Shown here: piece after piece, positions 19,054-29,006 of the stretch
Position numbering within the stretch: position 1 is the first letter of the stretch
How the letters are laid out: every line of letters starts with the position of its first letter
Source of the DNA: a virus
Taxonomy: Duplodnaviria; Heunggongvirae; Uroviricota; Caudoviricetes
IMG/VR virus record: IMGVR_UViG_3300017613_001587
Direction: 5' to 3' (one strand)
Length of the DNA stretch: 44,531 bases
Made by a program: the position numbers and the translations under genes
The notes under the pieces: model-generated
Database searches by the model: none
The model's input: only the letters and a program-made list of their open reading frames with translations
What the model was told of the DNA's origin: nothing

Positions 19054-19436
19054 ACGTACAGATCTACAAGTTGAAAAGCGGTTCGCCCGCAATGGTGGGC
19101 TTATACAGTCCTGGTAAGCGTATCGAAGGATGGGGCGACCTCGACGGCGAAGTTGAATCTTACAAAGGCTGGTGGATCAGTACTGCTGAGCTTGCTCAAT
19201 GTGTTCAGGACGACAACAGGAGATTCGAGGTGTCAAAGGACATCGAACACCGCGGAGTCCAGTTGAAGGGCAAGATATGTAAGATGCTTGCCAATCTTGA
19301 TAATGGTACTGTCTTCGTGGAGTTTGACGAGGATGTCAACGGCTGTAGTGCTGATGGCCTGGGAAAAACTGGTCATTGTGTGGCCTTAAATAGCAATGCT
19401 CTCAAAGCCAGCAAAAAGAAAGTGAAACACGCTTAA
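18954..19436 (+). CDS. hypothetical protein (two short beta-rich, SH3-like repeats)
   Basis: SD AAGGAG; overlaps RNAP 3' end by 100 nt. Confidence 0.7.
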   Translation: MPVKINDRFYNTGDHITLNSMAERCVPGGYAGLNVQIYKLKSGSPAMVGLYSPGKRIEGWGDLDGEVESYKGWWISTAELAQCVQDDNRRFEVSKDIEHRGVQLKGKICKMLANLDNGTVFVEFDEDVNGCSADGLGKTGHCVALNSNALKASKKKVKHA

Positions 19437-19459
19437 TAACCCTTTAATAGGAGTAAACT

Positions 19460-19852
19460 ATGGACAACCAAAGTGGAAATGATCGTGAGTTTCTGGGCAT
19501 CACCCAGAACGAGTGCACCTTTCAAGGGAAGGTAGTTGGTGATCCTGTCATTCAGAATGACAACTACGCATTCCTACACCTCAAGACTACCATCTCTGAG
19601 GTCGGTGCCAACGGACAGTGGGCAGATATTGTCGTCCAGATCCCGATTATTACGATGGACCCGAAGAAAGTTTCGGTCATCCAGAAGTATGTGCAGGACG
19701 GACGTGAGCTTCTGTTGCTCACCTATTACAAACCATGGACAAACCAGGGTCAGGCACAACATGCCTTTATGATCAAGAAGATGACCCTTGGCCGGAAAAA
19801 GTGGGTGCCTAAAGACCAAGTCCCAGGCACTCCTGCACTGCCGGTACAATAG
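19460..19852 (+). CDS. ssb: single-stranded DNA-binding protein (OB fold)
   Basis: NECTFQGKVVGDP…L….W…V pattern resembling SSB N.V.L.G.L..DP; lacks the acidic C-terminal tip. Confidence 0.6.
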   Translation: MDNQSGNDREFLGITQNECTFQGKVVGDPVIQNDNYAFLHLKTTISEVGANGQWADIVVQIPIITMDPKKVSVIQKYVQDGRELLLLTYYKPWTNQGQAQHAFMIKKMTLGRKKWVPKDQVPGTPALPVQ

Positions 19853-19869
19853 GCGCCGGAGGATATCTT

Positions 19870-20292
19870 ATGGACAAGCAAGCAGCAGCCTTGGGGGCAG
19901 CCCCAACAGCAGCTGCTGGTACATGCTTGGCTGTAGATCCAGCGAATCTGAGTCCCGAGGAGAGAATCCTTCTCCTCGAGGAGCAGATGCGGCACATGCA
20001 GCGTGTAATTATTAAGTTGCGGAAAGATCAACACGGATCGCCTAAGCCAGCACTGCCAGCGGCTAACTTTAACAAAGATGGCATCCCGATCGGCACTGTA
20101 TGTTTCGGTGCCACGGAGAAGTCGCCGTTCCTATACTACCTAACCGTGGATGCTGAAGGCTACACGGTGGGTTCAACCCAGTTCGCCTCACTGTCAGCAG
20201 CAGCTGAAGCTGTCAGCTATGTACGTCGTAGTGGCTGGACGTTTTGGAAGCTGTTAGATGGAAGGACTCTAAAGGATGCCTTTAAGGCGTAG
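19870..20292 (+). CDS. coiled-coil + RAMA/DUF4357-like DNA-binding domain protein
   Basis: FASLSAAAEAV…RSGWTFWK matches the S.S.AA…NGW..W pattern. Confidence 0.6.
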   Translation: MDKQAAALGAAPTAAAGTCLAVDPANLSPEERILLLEEQMRHMQRVIIKLRKDQHGSPKPALPAANFNKDGIPIGTVCFGATEKSPFLYYLTVDAEGYTVGSTQFASLSAAAEAVSYVRRSGWTFWKLLDGRTLKDAFKA

Positions 20293-20294
20293 TT

Positions 20295-20984
20295 ATGGCC
20301 AGAAAAGGGAAGAAGAATAAAAAGAATAAGAAGAAACAACGGGCGAAGAAGAATTATAATAAGAAGGAATTTGCAGAGGTATTCTGCCAGACATGTTTAA
20401 TTTGTGATGGTGGAAAGCCTACCTTCTGTTATAGTGGCTTGTATCAACATGAACCCAAGCCCTTTATTAATAAAGTCTTCAATAACCTAGTGGACATCCA
20501 TGCTATCTATCAGAGCATGGGTAGACCCACGAAGTCAATGTCTATTGAGCAGTTCCAGAATGTTGTATGTCGTACCGGTATCTGTTTCAATGGTGATTGT
20601 TACGCCTCGGCCACATGTGAGCAGCTACATATTTGTTATAAGGATTTCCTTAAACAAATGGGTGTGCCTAATCCAGGCATCATACGAGAGATCAAGCTGA
20701 GTGGTCTGATAGAGTTCAAGAATAATAAAAGCAGTAAGCGTTACATCTCATACAGTAAAAAGAAGAAGCGTAAAGGGAAGAATCGATATGTCTGTACTCC
20801 CTATGCTACTTTCTTTTCGAGAGACAACGCTGACTTTCAGGCGGAGATTAAAAGGATACTCTATGGAGATATCGATAGCCAACAAGATAAGGATCAAGAA
20901 CTGTCCCCCACCGATACAGGAGCAGCTGATCGAGATACTGAGGGTGGAGAACCCAAAGTACACGGAAGCGATAGCGAAGGGTAG
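20295..20984 (+). CDS. basic, Cys-rich (metal-binding) hypothetical protein
   Basis: Lys-rich termini; about ten Cys including CQTCLIC. Confidence 0.7.
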   Translation: MARKGKKNKKNKKKQRAKKNYNKKEFAEVFCQTCLICDGGKPTFCYSGLYQHEPKPFINKVFNNLVDIHAIYQSMGRPTKSMSIEQFQNVVCRTGICFNGDCYASATCEQLHICYKDFLKQMGVPNPGIIREIKLSGLIEFKNNKSSKRYISYSKKKKRKGKNRYVCTPYATFFSRDNADFQAEIKRILYGDIDSQQDKDQELSPTDTGAADRDTEGGEPKVHGSDSEG

Positions 20985-22287
20985 ATGGGTAGGCAATCTT
21001 AAACCTTTCTTGATGAACTTTGATATTCTGCCTGATGATAGCATCAGAATACCACGTGGCATGCGTTTGCCTTTGCTTGGTATGATTGATAGTAATACAG
21101 ATTATACTATCGTAGATGGTCGATCAAACCATGGTTATGACGATGTAAACTCTTCTATCATTCAATACAGGCCCTACCAAGAGAAAGCCATGCATGCCAT
21201 GTACCAGGCTGAAGAGGGGCTGCTTGTTGCGCCCGCGGGCAGTGGGAAGACTGTCCTCGGTCTCAGCATGATTCCATTATATGGACAGCCCTGTCTTTGG
21301 CTAACTCATACCCGTGCACTAGCCTACCAGGCTCTAGAAAGGATCAAACAATTTCTACCAAGCATGGGGAAGGACGATGTGGGTTTAATCGGTGACGGTA
21401 AGTGGAAGATCGGGCGGTGGATTACCGTTGGACTGATCCCAACCCTTGTCAGACGCCCAGCGGAGGTGTACGCAATGCGCGACAACTTCGGCTTGGTGGT
21501 GCTTGATGAAGCTCACCATTGTCCTGCAAGCACATTCCTGCAGGTAGTGAGCAGCCTTAACCCTTTCTTTTTGTATGGGTTGACTGCCACCCCATATCGC
21601 AGGGATAAATTAGAAAACTTGATGTTTCAAACAATCGGCCCGGAAATTATCCGTATTCCAGTGTCAGAAGTAGAGGCAGTGGGGGGAGTAATTATGCCCA
21701 AAGTTCTGTATCGTACAGTGCACTCCAAACCAATTCACCACAATAACATCCAGACTATTCTCAAAGAGAACATCGTTCCTAATTCAAAGAGGAATGGCTT
21801 AATCGTCGGGGATGTGTTGCGTGAAGCCACGGACGGAAACTTTTGTGTTGTGATGACAGATCGCAAGGCACATGCTGATATCCTCTACGATCTTATTTCT
21901 GTAGGCTGGGAGAAGACAGGCATCGCTACTGGTAAGTACAGCAAGAAGTATGTAGCTGAACAAGCCGCGCTCTTGAACAGTAAAGAAATCACTGTTCTTG
22001 TTTGCACATTCGCGTTGCTTGGTGAGGGATTTGATGTTCCCTTTCTCAATCGTGCCTTCGTGACCATGCCATTCAGAGCTGAAGGCAAGGTAGAACAACT
22101 CGTCGGTAGGATACAAAGGACTGCCGATGGAAAAACTGATTCAATTGTCTATGACTACGTGGATGCAGACATAGGCGTGGTACAAAACCAGTTCTATACC
22201 AAGAGCAATAACGATTGTAGGTTCAACGCGTACTCTCGGCTGGGACTGGAGATCGAACCTTACGGAAATCTGGAGGGCGAACTATGA
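20863..22287 (+). CDS. superfamily 2 (DEAH/ResIII/UvsW-like) helicase
   Basis: APAGSGKT, LDEAHH, GLTATP, GEGFDVP, QLVGRIQR; start 20863 preferred over 20788. Confidence 0.92.
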   Translation: MEISIANKIRIKNCPPPIQEQLIEILRVENPKYTEAIAKGRWVGNLKPFLMNFDILPDDSIRIPRGMRLPLLGMIDSNTDYTIVDGRSNHGYDDVNSSIIQYRPYQEKAMHAMYQAEEGLLVAPAGSGKTVLGLSMIPLYGQPCLWLTHTRALAYQALERIKQFLPSMGKDDVGLIGDGKWKIGRWITVGLIPTLVRRPAEVYAMRDNFGLVVLDEAHHCPASTFLQVVSSLNPFFLYGLTATPYRRDKLENLMFQTIGPEIIRIPVSEVEAVGGVIMPKVLYRTVHSKPIHHNNIQTILKENIVPNSKRNGLIVGDVLREATDGNFCVVMTDRKAHADILYDLISVGWEKTGIATGKYSKKYVAEQAALLNSKEITVLVCTFALLGEGFDVPFLNRAFVTMPFRAEGKVEQLVGRIQRTADGKTDSIVYDYVDADIGVVQNQFYTKSNNDCRFNAYSRLGLEIEPYGNLEGEL

Positions 22288-22304
22288 TTCTGAAGGAGCG
22301 TTAA

Positions 22305-23534
22305 ATGGACATACCTATTAGAGTTTCGAGCAAGATGGACACAGCTGAAGCTCCTGCCCGCGAGGCCAAGACGATTAGAATGCCTGGAGACCTACGGGAG
22401 ATGGCAGACTACGCCGTCGGTGATTATGTTGCAGTTAGAACCAGTGATGGTAGGTTATTCTCACTAGCAGTAGAGAAAGCCTTTGAGGATGACGCCAAGA
22501 CTGATTCACTGCAAGCATATGTCACCACTGATACATATAATCAGATAGTTCGCGGCTCTACTCAGTGCTGCGATATAGTTGATTTGGTCGACGGAATAAC
22601 CTTGGGATGTGATCCAGAGATGATGGTAATTGATAGAGCCACCGGTCATCTGGTATCCGCTCAATATTTCTTTGGTCTAAAGAAGTGGGGAGCTGTAGGC
22701 TATGATGGCCTACTGTTAGAGTTCCGGCCACTGCCCAGTACAGATGAGGCTGTAGTAGTAGAGAATATGTATAATCTACTATCTGTAGCCAGAGCTGCAC
22801 TGAATACCAGTAAGATGTATCCCAACACAATGATGGCTGGTATATCATCCTTTCATGGTAAGGCGGCAGTAGCAAGGAATGTACAAAGCAACACCGCCAT
22901 GTTTGCACCTAACACCAAGCTCACGGCAGGCTTTCACCTACATTACGGATTACCTAAAGAGATTTTAGGGTATCAAAAGAGGTTCGTAGCTACTCAGGTG
23001 GTGAAGGCACTCGATTATTATGTCGGCATTCCATCCGTAATCCCTGAAGGATACAACGATAGTTATCGTCGCACTGTACAGGGCATAGAGTATGGGAAGC
23101 CAGGCATGTATCGTATTGATCACCGTACATTGGAGTATCGAACTCCTGGTGCTGCTCTTATGAAGCACCCTATCATGGCGCAGGGTCTGCTAGGCCTAGG
23201 CGCGGTGGTGATTGAGGATATCGTCAGCAGAGTGAAAGCTATAACTCATAACTTTACCCAGCTGAATGAGATCGCAACCGATGCGGACATAAGGATTCTA
23301 TATCCACATATCCCACCGGTAATGTCAATTTTTCAATCAATCTGTTCTCCAACTACTGATGTGGCTAAAAGTCATTTGGCTACTATAAGAAAGGATGTGG
23401 AAAACATGGTTGGTTATGCCCGTCGGGCTGGATCGATCAATAACTTTTTCGATAACATTGAGACTCAGTTCTCGATAGATGTAGAAGATAACTGGTGGAG
23501 GTATAAAAACAATGGGGAGAGACAATCGGGATAA
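22305..23534 (+). CDS. phiEco32-like COOH.NH2 ligase type 2 with extra N-terminal domain
   Basis: LGCDPEMM, YDGLLLEFRP, AGFHLHYG, YGKPGMYR, LEYRTP. Confidence 0.88.
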   Translation: MDIPIRVSSKMDTAEAPAREAKTIRMPGDLREMADYAVGDYVAVRTSDGRLFSLAVEKAFEDDAKTDSLQAYVTTDTYNQIVRGSTQCCDIVDLVDGITLGCDPEMMVIDRATGHLVSAQYFFGLKKWGAVGYDGLLLEFRPLPSTDEAVVVENMYNLLSVARAALNTSKMYPNTMMAGISSFHGKAAVARNVQSNTAMFAPNTKLTAGFHLHYGLPKEILGYQKRFVATQVVKALDYYVGIPSVIPEGYNDSYRRTVQGIEYGKPGMYRIDHRTLEYRTPGAALMKHPIMAQGLLGLGAVVIEDIVSRVKAITHNFTQLNEIATDADIRILYPHIPPVMSIFQSICSPTTDVAKSHLATIRKDVENMVGYARRAGSINNFFDNIETQFSIDVEDNWWRYKNNGERQSG

Positions 23535-25128
23535 GTGGACGTTCTACGTTCATCCATCCAAAAAGACCATCGATGCCACAGAAGCCCGGTATTGGAAGTC
23601 GATGCTCCACAAAATCCTGAAGGTAGGGTTAGAGTTCGAGTTCAATCTACCGAACAAAAACGGTACCTGCAAGGGCGATAACAATGCATGTCCCTGCAAA
23701 CACATGGCGGACAAAGCGTGCTGGCAAGATTGTACTCGTGCCAAGGACTGCGAAGCTGCCAAGAAAGATCAATGCTTTGGTCTATTCTGTACCGGCTTCC
23801 TCAGCTATTGTGTAGTCTGCGATAAGTTTGAGGTTGATTGTAAGAGCTGCGAGCATCGTTATGATCCCAACCGCAATCCTGATTCGATCAGGGAGCGCAT
23901 GAACAATGAACTGCACCCAAGCCAGAGCTACGGCAACGTCACCAAACACGGTGTTCACAGTATCACCACGGATGGTTCGCTGCTAGGCAAGAAAGGTGCA
24001 GAGATCATTACAGTTGGTAGAAGGCCAGACTACTGGGAATTTTTCAAGATGTCCAAAGACATCATCGACCTGGCCAACGAGAACAATGCTTATGTGAATG
24101 AGCGTTGCTCCATCCATGCGCATCTATTGGCAAGCTACTACGGTAAGTTGCCCGGCGGTAAAGACGGCGGACCAGGTGTGCCCAATCAAGTCAACGAGAT
24201 GGAGAAAGATATGCCCGAGATCATACTGGCAAACTTTCATCAGCTCTGCAGACGTTATCAGAATGCCATGACCTGGATGACAATGGGACTGGATGATCCC
24301 AAGCAGATGACCCGCTGGGAGAAGTTCCGTGTGTCTGTACTCCATATCTCTGCCATCATGAACAGTATGCAACGAGTGGTGCAGGAAGTGTCCTCGAATG
24401 CCGGTGGAAATAAATACGGGTGGGTTAATTACAACTACTGTCAGTTCAAAGACAGTGGTGCCCTCAGCAGAGTCCATGTCGAGATGCGAGTGATGGACGG
24501 CCTGATGTCCCCAAGTGCGGTAGCTTCTTTGAGCTGCTTGTACTACTCCCTCATGATAAAAGCCGTTGAGATATCCCGATATGGTATCGTGGAAGTCGGG
24601 GATAAAGATTGGCTGCAGCGGGCAGAGAATGTCAAGAGCTGCTTGCTCAATAACATGAAGGGCTACCAGGACGGTGATAGATTTGGTGATACCTCTGCGC
24701 TGTCCCAGCACTACGAGACTCTGATCTCCGAATCGTTTGATCTGATATCCCAGGTGAAACATATCCTGATGAAACTAGGACCTGCCTATGATGTCCTGGA
24801 GAAACTGGCCGAACGTCCTTGCTCCTTACGGCGCTGCGACGGTGAGCCATGGGAAAAGATTGAAGCAGATCTTGCGATCCCTATGACTAAAGATGATCAC
24901 TTCACCCGTAAGCTGGCCGAGATAATTGATCTCCGGTTAGTTGATCAGTGTACTGATATCTCTGAATGGGTGAACGAAGTCAGCAACCTGATGCGTGATG
25001 ATCGTGAACTAAACATCGACCCCGATGACGATACAGTCGAGGATAAGATCGTTGAATACACCAGTCGTAAACAAAACGACGGTGAGATGATCTTTCTTGA
25101 TCGTGTTGGTTCTATGGCCTTGATCTAG
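23512..25128 (+). CDS. putative amidoligase (Amidoligase_2-like) with 12-Cys insertion
   Basis: VGLEFEF, TDGSL..GAEIIT, CSIHAHL, KYGWVN, HVEMR. Confidence 0.85.
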   Translation: MGRDNRDKWTFYVHPSKKTIDATEARYWKSMLHKILKVGLEFEFNLPNKNGTCKGDNNACPCKHMADKACWQDCTRAKDCEAAKKDQCFGLFCTGFLSYCVVCDKFEVDCKSCEHRYDPNRNPDSIRERMNNELHPSQSYGNVTKHGVHSITTDGSLLGKKGAEIITVGRRPDYWEFFKMSKDIIDLANENNAYVNERCSIHAHLLASYYGKLPGGKDGGPGVPNQVNEMEKDMPEIILANFHQLCRRYQNAMTWMTMGLDDPKQMTRWEKFRVSVLHISAIMNSMQRVVQEVSSNAGGNKYGWVNYNYCQFKDSGALSRVHVEMRVMDGLMSPSAVASLSCLYYSLMIKAVEISRYGIVEVGDKDWLQRAENVKSCLLNNMKGYQDGDRFGDTSALSQHYETLISESFDLISQVKHILMKLGPAYDVLEKLAERPCSLRRCDGEPWEKIEADLAIPMTKDDHFTRKLAEIIDLRLVDQCTDISEWVNEVSNLMRDDRELNIDPDDDTVEDKIVEYTSRKQNDGEMIFLDRVGSMALI

Positions 25129-25139
25129 GAGGGAAGTAT

Positions 25140-25955
25140 ATGTGTTGTATCTTTGGTATTGGCCTGTTCAAGGGTCATAGATTGAAGGACAGTGATACCT
25201 TAATAGGTACTGTCAGTCGTCTGTTTAAAGAAGCAGAAATCGGCGGCAGAAGGGCTGCCGGTCTTTCGGTAATGAGAGAGAGGGAAGCCCATGTATTACG
25301 GAGACCTATACCAGGCTCTGCACTAATCTCTTCCACTGAGTACCTTGATTTTATGAATAAACATGTTGATGTGAATGACAGGTACAATCCACTGATGTCC
25401 ATCATAGGACACTGTCGGTTGGACACTCAAGGTTCTCCTGAAAACAATCTCAACAATCATCCACAAGTCGTGGGTGACATCATAGGCGTGCACAACGGTC
25501 ATATCCGTAATAATAATGAACTGTTTACCTCATTCGAAAAGGTAATAACCCGTCAGGCAGAGGTTGATACCGAGATTATTTTCTCTCTGATCAATCACTT
25601 TGCCCATCCAGTGAAAGCCAAGACGGTAGATGCCATACAGAAAACCACACCGTATTTACAAGACGGTTATGCTTGCGGTATGCAGAGCACTAAACATCCG
25701 TTTAATCTATACCTGTTCCGACACGGTAACCCTATAAATATAGTATACTATCCTAAGATGGGGCTGGTATTCTTCGCAACCAGGAGTCATTTTATTACGA
25801 CAGCCTGGGAAGAGTTCGCTGATGTAGATGGCGTAGGTGATCCCATTGATCTTATGACGGATAATGGTATAGTTTTCAACCTCTGGAATAAAACCTCTTG
25901 TAAGTTCCGGTTTCGGGATTACCAAGCGGCCAAGGAGTTAAAAGGTAATGCTTGA
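25140..25955 (+). CDS. class II (Ntn) glutamine amidotransferase
   Basis: N-terminal MCCIFG, GHCR, NNHP, HNGHI.N, VDTE. Confidence 0.9.
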   Translation: MCCIFGIGLFKGHRLKDSDTLIGTVSRLFKEAEIGGRRAAGLSVMREREAHVLRRPIPGSALISSTEYLDFMNKHVDVNDRYNPLMSIIGHCRLDTQGSPENNLNNHPQVVGDIIGVHNGHIRNNNELFTSFEKVITRQAEVDTEIIFSLINHFAHPVKAKTVDAIQKTTPYLQDGYACGMQSTKHPFNLYLFRHGNPINIVYYPKMGLVFFATRSHFITTAWEEFADVDGVGDPIDLMTDNGIVFNLWNKTSCKFRFRDYQAAKELKGNA

Positions 25956-27126
25956 AAGTGATATCATCTTAGGCATCAGCGCCAATTTAGAAGGGTGCAG
26001 CCAATACGCACATGGCATTCTCACCCAGGAATGGGAAGGATGGCCGGTAGGTACTCCGTTGGTGTTCCCAGACTCTGGTCTTGAGAACTCTCACGGCTCA
26101 GTCAGGACACTATCATTGATGACCCCTGCCCAGCACTCGGCTGGTCGAGAGTCGTCTAATGTACCGACGTCTCTGATCTGTCCTGTTGATCTTAGACCCT
26201 TGTGTGGTAATCACAAAGTGATAAACGTTAGTGAGTTTGACCTTGGCAAATTTGATAGGTTAACTGAGTTCATTCGGGACGTCGGCGGCATATCCCTGGT
26301 GATTGAATATCCGGCGGGCCGAAAAGCTATCCCTAAACAGATGCGGAAGATTGAGAAGCTGTTCGAATACTCATCCATGTTCTATTATAATGGATGGGGA
26401 AGCAAGCATCTGTTAGGTGAGGACGATAAGTTTATAGGCGTAATGACCTTCCTTGATCTTCCTTACTGCATACCTATCTTTAACATGCGCCGCGTTCACG
26501 GTCTGGGCTTATCTTTTTCCGGTGCTACCTTGAAGGCGTCTAAGTCTTATGGGCAGCTCCATAGGATATTCAGGACTGATTTCATCTATTCTAACTATAT
26601 CGATAACGCGTTTGTTATAGATGGTATAGATGTTAATACTGTCAGACCGATGTCTACCGATGTCTATAAAGAATTGGTTAAAATGATCAGCCAAGAGCTG
26701 TCAGTGGTGCCAGAAGGAGAGGCTAAAAAGAAAGGTTCCCGCATACATGAAATAAAGCGTGAGATGCGGGAGCAATCTTCGCACAGGGAGGAAATGAAGT
26801 ACGGCTACGGTGGGGCCGACGCTTACAATAATTACAAGATGAAGAGTGCCAAGGCCAACGAGGTTGTGGAGGTCGACGACAGCACAATAGAATGGCACGG
26901 GCCGAATGATACTGTAGAGCTTGATACAAATGAAAGTCTTCTGGTAACTGACTTCCCTTCGTTGGAGGCAGAAGTAGAGCCTTCTGATGAACCAGTGGAG
27001 CATGGCACGGTGGAAATGTCCACTATCACCACTCACAGCGATATGACAGGACAGATATATTATACAACAGGTAATGGACCAGGTTGGGTAACTTCTGAAC
27101 AACCCAGCTCAAATGATGACGATTAG
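25948..27126 (+). CDS. hypothetical protein with acidic low-complexity C-terminus
   Basis: Long ORF inside the ligase cluster; no motif recognised. Confidence 0.75.
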   Translation: MLESDIILGISANLEGCSQYAHGILTQEWEGWPVGTPLVFPDSGLENSHGSVRTLSLMTPAQHSAGRESSNVPTSLICPVDLRPLCGNHKVINVSEFDLGKFDRLTEFIRDVGGISLVIEYPAGRKAIPKQMRKIEKLFEYSSMFYYNGWGSKHLLGEDDKFIGVMTFLDLPYCIPIFNMRRVHGLGLSFSGATLKASKSYGQLHRIFRTDFIYSNYIDNAFVIDGIDVNTVRPMSTDVYKELVKMISQELSVVPEGEAKKKGSRIHEIKREMREQSSHREEMKYGYGGADAYNNYKMKSAKANEVVEVDDSTIEWHGPNDTVELDTNESLLVTDFPSLEAEVEPSDEPVEHGTVEMSTITTHSDMTGQIYYTTGNGPGWVTSEQPSSNDDD

Positions 27127-27138
27127 GAGGTATTAAAC

Positions 27139-28995
27139 ATGTGTGGAATCGTAAGCGCGTTAACCTTCGATGCTTTCGAGAAGAAATCTGAGGAGCGGAT
27201 AAGGAATGAGGCTAACATCTTTGTCACTACTCAGCTACTTCAGGCTACGGTAGAACGTGGAAAAGATGCTACGGGCGTCTCTCTGTTGTGGGCCGATGGA
27301 AACTACACCGGTCTCAAGATGGGGATTCCAGCGCCAGATTTTATTTCCAGGTTCGGAGAAACAGAGAAAGACTTTGCCGGATTCCTGAAGCTCTGGAGAG
27401 AGTATCCCAAGCTGGCCAAGATATTCCTGGGCCATTGTCGTAAGTCCTCCGTGGGCAATAGCTACGACAACAAAAACAATCATCCCATCCAGATTGGTCA
27501 TATGATCCTGGCGCACAATGGTACGCTGACGAATCATGAAAAGATCTTTGACAAACTGGAAGCCAAAAGAATCGGCGACGTTGATAGTGAAGCCATCGGA
27601 CATCTGCTCAACCACTACACCAATGGTGGGAAGAATCCGTTTACCATGGAAGTTATCGAAGAGACTACCCGTCGTCTTCATGGTACCTACCACGTCGTAG
27701 CCATGTCCGGCAATAATCCCTACCAAGTTGCGCAGTTCCGCGACGGCCGGGATGCTGAGATGGTACTGATTCGTCCACTCAAGATGGTCTACATTGCCTC
27801 CGAGAAGAAATTCTTAGAGAACATCCTCTTTGAATACAACAAGCAGGCGAAACTGTTCGCGTCCAGCGTGAAGTTTCCCTATCTGAAACAGGCCGACGTT
27901 GAATTCAAGACTCTGCCTGATGATTCTTTGGCGGTATGGGATCTGACAATTCCGATCACTGATAAAACAGAGATCGCTGATCTGTACGACTGGAAGAAGA
28001 CCCCTTTAAGAGTTGATAAGATCTGGGGGGCTACTACCACCACCAATACTACCTACCAGAATAACCGCAACCTCAACCAGGGCGGGAAAAAAACCAACAC
28101 TGGAACGGAGGTCTCGGCCAAGGGCTCAACCGGGAAGACTGGCAAGAGTTCTGCTGGTGACAAAGACGACCCCGACGGTCTCGTGTGGAGCAAATCCCTG
28201 AGTAAATACAAGACTCAGGATGGAATTGAAGACACAAAGGATTACGGGGCCGTGACAGTAGACGTTGACCAAGCAACCGTTACCCCTGTCGATGAGATCG
28301 ATGACATCAATATTAAAGAAGTAGATAAAGACGCCGTCGAGAATCTACTCGTCAGTGGTGCAGCTGTAGATGAAGTGTCAATGAAACGTGTGTCTGATGC
28401 GGCTACTGAATTATCTGATGATAAAAAAAACTCTCCTGTGGAATCTAGTGACAAGGGAGAGGGAGGGGACGAAGACCCTGGCGCGGCCACTGTAGAGATA
28501 GACATGACTTCGGACCCAGAGGCACTCAAAGAAGCTGAAAAGTTTGTTGAGGATGGCCTCCCCAAATACGAAAAGGACGAGGAAGTATGTGACGATCTTG
28601 AAGTGTCCGATCCCTCGGTCCTACGACCACTGCCGATGTATGCACTGGCTAATCGGATCAAGAAATTCATATTCAAGCAGGGCTTCGTTGTGGGATTCAT
28701 GGCTGGCAAGGTTGTAGCTAAACCAGTGGAGAAGTCTGACGAGAAGATGAAGAGTGCGAATAAGAAGATCCGGTTGATGAAGATGGTAATCAAAGTCATG
28801 GCGGAGTGTCTGGAGATGCGCTGCCGTGGCAATTCGACCGATGCTGTTAAACAAATGATCGAAACAGCCTTACAGGAAGTTTTTAGCAAGCCGGAAGGTG
28901 TTAAGGCGGATGTGAGCCTTGCCTTTTCTGTCGGTGATCTGAAAAAGATCCCGATGCTTAAGGAGATAAAGGAGCACATGAACGAAGAATCTTAG
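27139..28995 (+). CDS. class II (Ntn) glutamine amidotransferase with ~330-aa C-terminal extension
   Basis: MCGIV, GHCRK, NNHP, HNGTLTN, VDSE; SD AGGAGGT. Confidence 0.9.
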   Translation: MCGIVSALTFDAFEKKSEERIRNEANIFVTTQLLQATVERGKDATGVSLLWADGNYTGLKMGIPAPDFISRFGETEKDFAGFLKLWREYPKLAKIFLGHCRKSSVGNSYDNKNNHPIQIGHMILAHNGTLTNHEKIFDKLEAKRIGDVDSEAIGHLLNHYTNGGKNPFTMEVIEETTRRLHGTYHVVAMSGNNPYQVAQFRDGRDAEMVLIRPLKMVYIASEKKFLENILFEYNKQAKLFASSVKFPYLKQADVEFKTLPDDSLAVWDLTIPITDKTEIADLYDWKKTPLRVDKIWGATTTTNTTYQNNRNLNQGGKKTNTGTEVSAKGSTGKTGKSSAGDKDDPDGLVWSKSLSKYKTQDGIEDTKDYGAVTVDVDQATVTPVDEIDDINIKEVDKDAVENLLVSGAAVDEVSMKRVSDAATELSDDKKNSPVESSDKGEGGDEDPGAATVEIDMTSDPEALKEAEKFVEDGLPKYEKDEEVCDDLEVSDPSVLRPLPMYALANRIKKFIFKQGFVVGFMAGKVVAKPVEKSDEKMKSANKKIRLMKMVIKVMAECLEMRCRGNSTDAVKQMIETALQEVFSKPEGVKADVSLAFSVGDLKKIPMLKEIKEHMNEES

Positions 28996-29006
28996 GGGGA
29001 AAGACC

